Shown here: in pieces, positions 56,421 to 64,000 of the stretch
How positions within the stretch are numbered: position 1 is the stretch's first letter
Layout: each line of letters begins with the position of its first letter
Source: Candidatus Methylomirabilota bacterium
GTDB lineage: Bacteria > Methylomirabilota > Methylomirabilia > Rokubacteriales > CSP1-6
Length of the DNA stretch: 64,000 nucleotides
Direction: 5' to 3'
NCBI GenBank assembly: GCA_036002485.1
Contig: DASYTI010000108.1
Coordinates: 2,053-66,052 of the forward strand
Program-made: the position numbers and the translations under genes
The notes under the pieces: generated by a model
Databases searched by the model: none
What the model saw: the letters and a program-made list of their open reading frames with translations, nothing else
Told to the model about the DNA's origin: nothing

Positions 56421-58979
56421 CTAGCGCGTCTTGATGAGGCGGCCCAGATAGGCTGCCAGCGCTTCCGCCTCCCGCTCCTGGAAAGCGACGGCGACGCGAA
56501 GCTGCTCGAAGTACTGCTCGAGGGTCTTGCCCCCCAGGGTGATCTTGTGCTCGACGAAGAAGGCGTGGACATCGCGCTCCCACTCCGGGCTCACCAGGGC
56601 GGGGATGCCCTCGTACATCCGGCGATACGCGCTGCCGGGGTAGAGCCGTTGCATGGTCTGCCAGTGCTGCTTCACGAATTCCCAGGCCAGTCCTCGGCTG
56701 TGCACGCTCTGGAGCAGGCTCCGGATGAGAAATGGCGCATCCTGACTCCGCACCTCGCCGTTGATGGTCATCTCGAGCGTCTGCCTCAGCAGCTCGGGCG
56801 GCCGGAAGCCCGCGAGGGCGTACAGGTAGCGCTGCTCCTCCTGGGGTGTGCGCGCCCGCTTGTAGCGGTCCCGGAAGTCGGCATATTCGCTCTCGCCCCC
56901 TGAGGCGGCCACGATGGCGATGACGGCGGGGAGCACATTGGCGTCCACCGAGGTCTCGTCCACTTGGTAGCGCGCATAGACTTCCCGGGCGCGAGCCTGG
57001 ACGGTCTCGTCATTGCCGAGCGTCCCCAGCACGCGGAGCAGGTCGCCACGGAGCTGACGATCGAGCTCGCTCTCGCCCTCCTGAGGCTCCCAGCCGAGCA
57101 GCGAAGCCATCTCGTCCACGCGGTGGCGCACCAGCGCCTCGAGTCCGGGACGCTGGTCGTCGTCGGCAATCACGCGGTTGACCCAGGCCAGTGACCCCGT
57201 GAGCACGGCCCACACATTGCGGTCGGTCTCCGTGGTGAACCGTCCCGTCAGATCGAGAAAGTCGGAGGCCGTCATCATTCCGGACTGCGCGAGGGCGAAG
57301 CAGTCACTGAGCAGGTTGAACCGCTCGATGGGCGCGATCTTCGCCAGGGCCCCCGCCAGCTTCTTGAGAAGGGCGGGCGCATAGCGGACCCGGTAGAAGC
57401 CGTGGCCGCCGGAGTTCAGGACCACCCAGTCGGGCTTGGCGGGCAGCGGCACCGCGGCGTCCGCACCGTCGAGGAGAAGCCGGCGCTCGACGTAACCGCG
57501 CTTGACGGAGGCGCGGAACACCACGGGGATGCGCCACTGCTCGGCGGGATCCGGCTGGCCGCCGAGGTACAGGAAGCGCTGCTGAGTCAGCTTGAGTCCT
57601 GCCCCATCGATCTCGACGCTGACAAGCGGATAGCCGGGGCGGAAGATCCACCCGTCCATGACTTCGGGAATGGGCTGGTGGGCGGCGTCTCCGAGGGCTT
57701 TCCACAGATCCGTCGTCTCGGCATTCGAGTACTTGTGGCGCTCGAGGTAGAGCCGCACCCCCGCGCGGAAGCTTTCCGGCCCCAGATGCTGCTCGAGCAT
57801 GCGCAGAACCGACGCGCCCTTCTCGTAGGTCAGGAGATCGAACATCGCCTCGCAGTCGCGGGGCGCCATCACCTCGAACTCGATGGGGCGGGTGGCCTTG
57901 AGCCCGTCGAGGTTCATGGCGGAGGCTCGCGAGACGCCGAAGGTGATCCAGCGCTTCCACTCGGGCTTCCACGCGTCCACGGCCAGGAGCTCCATGAAGG
58001 TGGCGAAGGCTTCGTTGAGCCAGATGCCATTCCACCAGGACATGGTGACGAGGTCGCCGAACCACATGTGCGCGACCTCGTGCGCCACCACATCGGCGAT
58101 GCGCTCGAGCTCGGCATGCGAGGCCGCCGCCTCGTCGACGAGGAGGGCCGTCTCCCTGAAGGTGACCGCGCCCAGGTTCTCCATGGCGCCCGCCGCGAAA
58201 TCGGGGATGGCGAGGAGATCGAGCTTGTCGCTCGGATACGGCACGCCGTAGTAGCGCTCGAAGAAGTCGAGCGAGAAGGCGCCGATGTCGAGGGCGAAGC
58301 GCCCGAGATGCTTCTTGCCGGGCACGCCCCAGACGCGCAGCGGGGTCGGTCCCACCATGACGGGCTCGGTCGCCTCGAGCTCCCCCACCACGAAGGCCAC
58401 CAGGTAGGTGGACATCTTGATCGTATCCGCGAAGGTCACGGCCCGGCGCCCATCACCGAGCGCCTCTTCCCTGAGCACGGAGGTATTGGACACCGCGGCC
58501 AGGGGCTGAGGGACCACCAGGGTCACGCCGAAGACCGCCTTGAAGGCCGGCTCGTCCCAGCACGGGAAGCCGCGCCGCGCATCAGTGGCCTCGAACTGGG
58601 TGGCCGCGATGGTGTGCGCGGTGCCGGCGGCGTCCTTGTACGTGCTGCGATAGAAGCCGTGGAGCTTGTCGTTGAGAATGCCCGTGAACCGGAGGGCGAG
58701 CCGCCACTGGCCCGGCGTGATCGTCATGGGAAAGACGAGGCGCGCGCGCTCGGCCGCCTCGTCGAGCGAGGTCGAGCCGTGGATGGGCTCGCGCCCGTCC
58801 TGAGAGATGGCCGCGCTCTCGATGACGAGCTCGGCGGCGTTGAGCAGGATCTCGATCACGGGCTCGCGCACGTCGACGATGATGCTCACGGCACCGGCGA
58901 AGGTGGCGGCTTCCAGGTTGGGCTCGAGGCGAAGATCGTAGCGTTGCGGGACCACGGTCGTAGGCAAGCGATAGTCCAT
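56421..58979 (-). CDS. pepN: Aminopeptidase N (M1 family)
   Basis: HEVAHMWFG zinc motif plus NEAFATF and GAMEN motifs. Start taken at MDYRLPTTVVPQRYDL. Confidence 0.85.
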   Translation of the reverse strand: MDYRLPTTVVPQRYDLRLEPNLEAATFAGAVSIIVDVREPVIEILLNAAELVIESAAISQDGREPIHGSTSLDEAAERARLVFPMTITPGQWRLALRFTGILNDKLHGFYRSTYKDAAGTAHTIAATQFEATDARRGFPCWDEPAFKAVFGVTLVVPQPLAAVSNTSVLREEALGDGRRAVTFADTIKMSTYLVAFVVGELEATEPVMVGPTPLRVWGVPGKKHLGRFALDIGAFSLDFFERYYGVPYPSDKLDLLAIPDFAAGAMENLGAVTFRETALLVDEAAASHAELERIADVVAHEVAHMWFGDLVTMSWWNGIWLNEAFATFMELLAVDAWKPEWKRWITFGVSRASAMNLDGLKATRPIEFEVMAPRDCEAMFDLLTYEKGASVLRMLEQHLGPESFRAGVRLYLERHKYSNAETTDLWKALGDAAHQPIPEVMDGWIFRPGYPLVSVEIDGAGLKLTQQRFLYLGGQPDPAEQWRIPVVFRASVKRGYVERRLLLDGADAAVPLPAKPDWVVLNSGGHGFYRVRYAPALLKKLAGALAKIAPIERFNLLSDCFALAQSGMMTASDFLDLTGRFTTETDRNVWAVLTGSLAWVNRVIADDDQRPGLEALVRHRVDEMASLLGWEPQEGESELDRQLRGDLLRVLGTLGNDETVQARAREVYARYQVDETSVDANVLPAVIAIVAASGGESEYADFRDRYKRARTPQEEQRYLYALAGFRPPELLRQTLEMTINGEVRSQDAPFLIRSLLQSVHSRGLAWEFVKQHWQTMQRLYPGSAYRRMYEGIPALVSPEWERDVHAFFVEHKITLGGKTLEQYFEQLRVAVAFQEREAEALAAYLGRLIKTR

Positions 58980-59073
58980 GGCCCCAGAGGATACCATCGT
59001 CGCGGCGCCCTGACACTTGACATCACCGACCCGTGGCGTGAGACTCGGCGCGTCCACGCATCCGGGAGATCCC

Positions 59074-59877
59074 ATGGAGAGTCTCAAGGACAAGACCGCG
59101 GTCATCACGGGCGGCGCCAGCGGCATCGGCCGCGCCCTCTGCCTCGCCTTCGCCGGCGAGGGCGCGCGCATCGTGATCGCCGACATCGATGACGCGGGTA
59201 TGGCGGAGACGGCGGGCAGCGTTGCCAAAGCCGGGAGCAAGGCGATCACCGTCAAGACGGACGTGACCAAGCTCGCATCCGTTCAATCTCTGGCCGATCG
59301 CGCCTTCAGCGAGTTCGGCGGGGTGCATCTGCTCTGCAACAACGCGGGCGTGGCCATCCACGGCTCGCTCGAGTCGGCCAGCCACCGCGACTGGGAGTGG
59401 GTGCTGGGCGTCAATCTGTGGGGCGTCATCCACGGCATCGAGGCCTTCGTGCCGCGGATGATCGCGCAGAAGGAGCCCGGCCACATCGTCAACACGGCCT
59501 CCATGGCCGGGCTCATCGCCTCCCAGGGGCTCGGGGTGTACAACACGAGCAAGTACGCGGTGGTCGGATTGTCCGAGACACTCCAGAAGGATCTGCGCCC
59601 CCACAACATCGGCGTCTCAGTGCTCTGCCCCATGGGCGTGTCCACCAACATCCGCACGAGCGAGCGCAATCGACCGGCCGATCTGCAGAATCCGAGCGGC
59701 CCCGAGACGAACGACTGGTTCCAGCTCATCGGCCGCTATCTCGCGCCGGAGGAGGTGGCCGGGCGCGTGCTGCGCGCGGTCAAGGCCAACCGCCTCTACG
59801 TCATCACCCACGAGGAAGCCCGCGAGCCGCTGCGCCGCCGCTTCGAGCGCATGGACCGGGCCTTTGAGGAGTCTTGA
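59074..59877 (+). CDS. SDR-family oxidoreductase
   Basis: TGGASGIG cofactor motif, catalytic YxxxK (YNTSK) and NNAG block. Confidence 0.8.
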   Translation: MESLKDKTAVITGGASGIGRALCLAFAGEGARIVIADIDDAGMAETAGSVAKAGSKAITVKTDVTKLASVQSLADRAFSEFGGVHLLCNNAGVAIHGSLESASHRDWEWVLGVNLWGVIHGIEAFVPRMIAQKEPGHIVNTASMAGLIASQGLGVYNTSKYAVVGLSETLQKDLRPHNIGVSVLCPMGVSTNIRTSERNRPADLQNPSGPETNDWFQLIGRYLAPEEVAGRVLRAVKANRLYVITHEEAREPLRRRFERMDRAFEES

Positions 59878-59938
59878 TTTTCGAGATGAGGGGCGGCCGA
59901 GCTGCCGCAGGCACGAGCGCCCCGAGACGAGGGCTTAA

Positions 59939-60868
59939 ATGATATTCAAGGCGATCAATGGCTGGGGCAAGCTCCCGGACGGCTGGCACTTCGTGGAGGT
60001 CGCGGGCGTGGCCGTGGATGCCAAGGACAATGTCTTCTGCTTCACGCGGGGCGAGCATCCCGTCATCATCTTCGACCGCGACGGCAAGTTCCTCCGCTCC
60101 TGGGGCGAGGGACACGTGCGGCGCGCCCACGGCATCACCATCGATGCCGACGGAACCGTGTGGCTCACCGACGATCTCCAGCACACCGTCAGGAAGTTCA
60201 CGCCGGAGGGCAAGCTGCTCCTGACCATCGGAGACCCCGACAAGCCCGCGACGCTTCAGGGCGGCAAGCCCTTCAACCGTCCGACCCACGTGGCCATCTG
60301 CCCGAAGAGCGGCTTTCTCTTCATCTCGGACGGCTACGGCAACTCGCGCGTGCACAAGTACGCGCCCAACGGCAAGCACGTCATGTCCTGGGGTGAGCCC
60401 GGCACCGACCCTGGACACTTCAACCTGCCCCACAACCTCGTCACCGATCGCGACGGGCTCGTCTATGTCGCGGACCGCGAGAATCATCGCGTCCAGATCT
60501 TCGACGGCCAGGGCCGGTACCAGGGCCAGTGGAACAATCTCCACCGCCCCTGCGGCCTCTTCGTGGACCGCACCCAGAACGGCGGCACCTTCTACATCGG
60601 CGAGCTCGGCCACGCCCTGCCCGTGAACGAGCACGTGCCCAATCTGGGGCCGCGCGTGACGGTGCTGGACGCCAAGGGCCAGAAGGTCGCGCGCTTCGGC
60701 GGGCCATTCGGCGGCGAGAAGCCCGGGGAGTTCACGGCGCCCCACAGCGTGGTCACCGACTCCCAGGGCGCCGTCTACGTCTCCGAGGTCTCCTGGACGG
60801 CCAAGGGCAGCCTCGAGACTCCGCCCCGCGAGGTCCGGAGCCTCCAGAAGTTCGCGCGGAGCGCCTAG
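59939..60868 (+). CDS. NHL-repeat beta-propeller protein (peptidylglycine amidating lyase-like)
   Basis: Repeated NHL-type blades (DGTVWLTDD, DGLVYVADREN, QGAVYVSE). Confidence 0.65.
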   Translation: MIFKAINGWGKLPDGWHFVEVAGVAVDAKDNVFCFTRGEHPVIIFDRDGKFLRSWGEGHVRRAHGITIDADGTVWLTDDLQHTVRKFTPEGKLLLTIGDPDKPATLQGGKPFNRPTHVAICPKSGFLFISDGYGNSRVHKYAPNGKHVMSWGEPGTDPGHFNLPHNLVTDRDGLVYVADRENHRVQIFDGQGRYQGQWNNLHRPCGLFVDRTQNGGTFYIGELGHALPVNEHVPNLGPRVTVLDAKGQKVARFGGPFGGEKPGEFTAPHSVVTDSQGAVYVSEVSWTAKGSLETPPREVRSLQKFARSA

Positions 60869-61025
60869 CCGCGCTCACCCGCCGTCCGCGTCGGGCTCCG
60901 CGCCGATCCATGTTCGCCACGGACCGAGGACCGTGGTGGCCCTCCGCACGCGCCAGATGTATGATGGGCGCGCTTTGCTCCCTGGGAACCTGACGGTCAC
61001 CGACCGAATCATGGAGGCGGCACCG

Positions 61026-62588
61026 ATGCTCAGACGGCTCGCGTTTACGACTATCACCGCGCTCCTGGCCCTGCCCCTCGCCCTCATGCCGGCGGACCAG
61101 GCCGCGGCCCAGAAGAAAACGCTCGTGGTAGCGCTCAACCAGGACCCCGACATCCTCGACCCCAGCCCGTCCCGCACCTATGTCGGGCGCATCATCTTCG
61201 CCCAGATGTGCGAGAAGCTCTACGAGATCGACGAGAACCTGCGCATCTTCCCGCAGCTCGCCGCGGACTTGCCCGCGATCAGTGACGGCGGCAAGACCGT
61301 CACCATCAAACTCCGCCCCGGCGTCAAGTTCAACGACGGCACGCCCATGAATGCCGAGTCGGTCCGCTACTCGCTGGACCGCCACCTCAACATGAAAGGC
61401 TCCAACCGGCGCACGGAGCTCGAATCGGTCAATAGCATCGAGGTCGTGGATCCCCTGACGGTGCGGCTCAAGCTCAATCGGCCCTTCTCCCCGCTCGTGG
61501 CGATCCTGGCCGACCGCTCGGGGATGCCCGTCTCGCCGACCGCCGCCAACAAGCTGGGCGACAAGTTCGGCACCGCCCCGGTCTGCGTGGGGCCGTGGCA
61601 GTTCGTGGAGCGCATCTCCCAGGACCGGATCGTGCTGGAGCGATCCCCGCACTACTTCGACAAGGCCGCCGCCAAGTTCGACCGGCTGATCTTCCGCATC
61701 ATTTCCGACGACAACGTGCGGCTGGCCAACCTGCGCTCGGGCGACATCGACGTGATGCATCTCGTGGGACCGACGGACGCCGCCAACCTGCGCAAGGAAG
61801 GCAAATTCGAGGTATCGAGCGTGACGGGCATCGCCTACTCGGGGCTGACCATCAACCTTCGCAACAAGAACGGCAAGCCGCCCCACCCGGCCGGGGATCT
61901 GGGCACCCCGCTCGCCAACGACCCCCGCGTGCGCGAGGCGCTGGACCTCTCCATCGACCGCGTGGCCCTGAACCAGGTTGCCTGGGACGGGCAGTACACG
62001 CCCGGCTGCACGCCCATCTCGCCCGTGAGCCCCTTCCACGACAAGAGCCGCAAGTGCCCGACGCGTGACGTGGCCAAGGCCAAGAAGCTCCTCGCTGACG
62101 CGGGTCTTCCAAACGGCTACAGCTTCGAGATGGTCATCATCAACGACCCGCAGCAGCGGCGGGCCGGCGAGGTCATCCAGGGGATGGTCAAAGAGGCGGG
62201 CTTCAACATCAGCCTCAAGCCCTCCGAGTTCGCCTCGGCGCTCAACGACAATGACGCCGGCAAGGACCAGGCCTTTCTCATTGGGTGGAGCGGCCGGGTG
62301 GACCCGGACGCGAACATCTTCCAGTTCCATACCTGCGGGGCCACCCTCAACACGACGCAATCATGCGACGAGGGCGTGGACGCGATCCTGAATCGGGCAC
62401 GCGAGGTCAGCGACCTGGCGCAGCGCATCTCCCTGTACCGGCAGGCCGTCGACAAGTTCGCCTTCGGCCGTCGCAATATCCTGTACCTCTATCACGCCAA
62501 CTACATCGTCTCGCACTCGAAGAGCCTCAAGGGATACAAGGCCGTGCCCGACGGCCTCATTCGCATCAAGGGCGTCTCCTGGCAGTAG
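61026..62588 (+). CDS. ABC transporter substrate-binding protein, family 5 (peptide/nickel)
   Basis: Signal peptide and SBP_bac_5-like sequence. Start taken at MLRRLAFTTITALLA. Confidence 0.8.
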   Translation: MLRRLAFTTITALLALPLALMPADQAAAQKKTLVVALNQDPDILDPSPSRTYVGRIIFAQMCEKLYEIDENLRIFPQLAADLPAISDGGKTVTIKLRPGVKFNDGTPMNAESVRYSLDRHLNMKGSNRRTELESVNSIEVVDPLTVRLKLNRPFSPLVAILADRSGMPVSPTAANKLGDKFGTAPVCVGPWQFVERISQDRIVLERSPHYFDKAAAKFDRLIFRIISDDNVRLANLRSGDIDVMHLVGPTDAANLRKEGKFEVSSVTGIAYSGLTINLRNKNGKPPHPAGDLGTPLANDPRVREALDLSIDRVALNQVAWDGQYTPGCTPISPVSPFHDKSRKCPTRDVAKAKKLLADAGLPNGYSFEMVIINDPQQRRAGEVIQGMVKEAGFNISLKPSEFASALNDNDAGKDQAFLIGWSGRVDPDANIFQFHTCGATLNTTQSCDEGVDAILNRAREVSDLAQRISLYRQAVDKFAFGRRNILYLYHANYIVSHSKSLKGYKAVPDGLIRIKGVSWQ

Positions 62589-62647
62589 CTGGATCGGGGC
62601 GGCCGGCGTTGCACCGAGCGGGTGCCGCTCCGGCCGCCTGACGCGCC

Positions 62648-63610
62648 GTGCTCGACTACCTGATCCAGCGCCTCGCGATCTCGGCGGTCACCCTCGCCGT
62701 GATCAGCATGATCGTCTTCACCGGCGTGCGCCTCATCCCGGGCGATCCCGCGCGCGTGATGGCGGGCACCGAGGCGGATGCGGCGGGCCTCGAGGAGATC
62801 CGCCAGAAGTACGGTCTCAACGACTCGATCCCCGTGCAGTATCTCCGCTGGGTCGGCCTCGCCATCCGCGGCGACCTGGGCGAGTCCATTCGCACGCGGG
62901 AGACCGTGACCAAGACGGTGGGGAGAAAGCTGCCCATCACCATGGAGCTGGCCTGCCTGTCGATCCTGGTCGCCCTCACCATCGCCATTCCCGTGGGTGT
63001 CCTCTCCGCCGTGCGACGCAATACCGTCTGGGACTATCTGGCCAATGGGTTGTCGCTCTGCGGCCTCTCCGTCCCGAGCTTCTGGCTGGGCATCATGCTC
63101 ATCCTGTTCTTCTCGGTGCGCCTCGGATGGCTGCCGGCCTCGGGGTTCGTGCCCTTCGTGGAGAATCCCGTGGGGAATCTCACGCGCATGCTCATGCCCG
63201 CCTTCGTCCTCGGCAGCACGCTGGCCGCCGTGCTCATGCGCCAGACGCGCAACAGCATGATCGAGGTGTTGACCGCGGACTACATCCGGACCGCCTACAG
63301 CAAGGGGCTGGCGGGACGCGCGGTCATCTTCCGCCACGCCATCCGCAACGGGCTCATCCCCGTGGTCACCATTCTCGGCTTGCAGATGGGCGCCTTGATG
63401 GGCGGGGCCGTGGTGACCGAGCAGATCTTCGTGGTGCCGGGATTCGGCCGGCTCATCGTGGAATCGGTCTTCACGCGAGACTATCCGCTCGTCCAGGGTG
63501 TCGTGCTGATCACGGCGAGCGCCTACGTCCTCATCAATCTGCTCGTGGACGTGTCGTACTCGCTGCTGAACCCGCGCATCCGCATCAAGGGAGCGGTGAA
63601 TGCGCGGTGA
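62648..63610 (+). CDS. ABC transporter permease (DppB/OppB-like)
   Basis: Six TM helices and a BPD_transp_1-like sequence. Confidence 0.8.
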   Translation: MLDYLIQRLAISAVTLAVISMIVFTGVRLIPGDPARVMAGTEADAAGLEEIRQKYGLNDSIPVQYLRWVGLAIRGDLGESIRTRETVTKTVGRKLPITMELACLSILVALTIAIPVGVLSAVRRNTVWDYLANGLSLCGLSVPSFWLGIMLILFFSVRLGWLPASGFVPFVENPVGNLTRMLMPAFVLGSTLAAVLMRQTRNSMIEVLTADYIRTAYSKGLAGRAVIFRHAIRNGLIPVVTILGLQMGALMGGAVVTEQIFVVPGFGRLIVESVFTRDYPLVQGVVLITASAYVLINLLVDVSYSLLNPRIRIKGAVNAR

Positions 63611-64000
63611 CGGGACGGCGGTGGCCGCTCCCCTCCCCGCCGTCGGCGCCGGGGCCGCGACGACGGCGCTCCAGCGAGCCTGGCGCCGCGCGGCGCGGCG
63701 TCCGCCCGCCCTGGCCGGAGCCACGGTGGTCCTGCTCTACGTGCTGCTCGCCCTCGGCGCGCCCTGGATTGCTCCCGCCGATCCCCTGCACACCGACTGG
63801 AGCCAGATCCGCAAGGCCCCGAGCGCCGCGCATCCGCTGGGGACGGACGATCTGGGTCGCGACGTGCTCTCGCGCGTGATCTGGGGCACCCGCATCTCGA
63901 TGCAGGCGGGCGTCTTCTCCATCCTTCTCGCCATCGTGGTCGGCGTACCCGCCGGTCTGGTGGCCGGCTACTATCGCGGGGCGTTCGACCAGCTCATCAT
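63600..64000 (+). CDS. ABC transporter permease (DppC/OppC-like), 5' part; continues past window end
   Basis: ATG at 63600 overlaps the upstream permease stop. N-terminal TM helix; the frame stays open to the window edge. Confidence 0.6.
   Translation, partial: MRGDGTAVAAPLPAVGAGAATTALQRAWRRAARRPPALAGATVVLLYVLLALGAPWIAPADPLHTDWSQIRKAPSAAHPLGTDDLGRDVLSRVIWGTRISMQAGVFSILLAIVVGVPAGLVAGYYRGAFDQLI

Noticed and set aside
1-64000. Searched by eye for CRISPR arrays, tRNA/rRNA genes, transposases, integrases, and toxin-antitoxin or defence-system hallmarks.
   Set aside because: No spaced direct-repeat arrays, no tRNA T-arm/anticodon-like conserved blocks in the few intergenic regions, and no recombinase, nuclease or ATPase families typical of mobile or defence loci were seen.

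Overview
This is a high-GC (~69%), gene-dense window from a Gram-negative bacterium; lineage cannot be assigned from sequence alone. About 70% of genes are on the minus strand, many joined by ATGA/GTGA start-stop overlaps. The long raw ORFs on the opposite strand of real genes are GC-driven artefacts.

Main content:
1. A large cobalamin salvage/remodelling super-operon on the minus strand (13.3 kb -> 1.2 kb): Cbl riboswitch - cobU - cobT - cbiA - btuF - btuC - btuD - second Cbl riboswitch - btuB (TonB-dependent receptor) - cbiZ-like - tonB - cbiB - cobQ. It is followed by an argS homologue whose HIGH motif is replaced (VIVN).
2. cobS - 7-TM membrane protein - cobC sit elsewhere (22.2-24.3 kb), downstream of an acyl-CoA carboxyltransferase and an ECF sigma factor carrying a C-terminal TM plus extracytoplasmic extension.
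3. A translationally coupled operon encoding separate MetH-like modules (B12-binding corrinoid protein, Hcy-type Zn methyltransferase, SAM-dependent reactivation domain). Its first gene is a persulfide-dioxygenase/double-rhodanese fusion, and it is followed by aroK, a YitJ-like HMT-MTHFR fusion, an amidase and a D-aminoacylase. No pterin-binding module is present. This is the best candidate for an undescribed corrinoid-dependent methyl-transfer/sulfur system.
4. A thioredoxin-fold (TlpA-like) gene with an in-frame TGA exactly at the redox-active Cys position, plus a downstream hairpin. It is a putative selenoprotein.
5. Three copies of a ~131-bp GC-rich double-hairpin element bounded by CTAG tetranucleotides. 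They sit immediately 3' of genes, and the terminal CTAGs supply TAG stop codons for the flanking genes.
6. Other content: a DUF169-UroD/MtaA-like fusion protein, a CbrAB-like SSS-sensor kinase / sigma-54 regulator next to acs and an MFS transporter, a minor-pilin trio, and assorted housekeeping genes.

No tRNA, rRNA, CRISPR, transposase or integrase was recognised.
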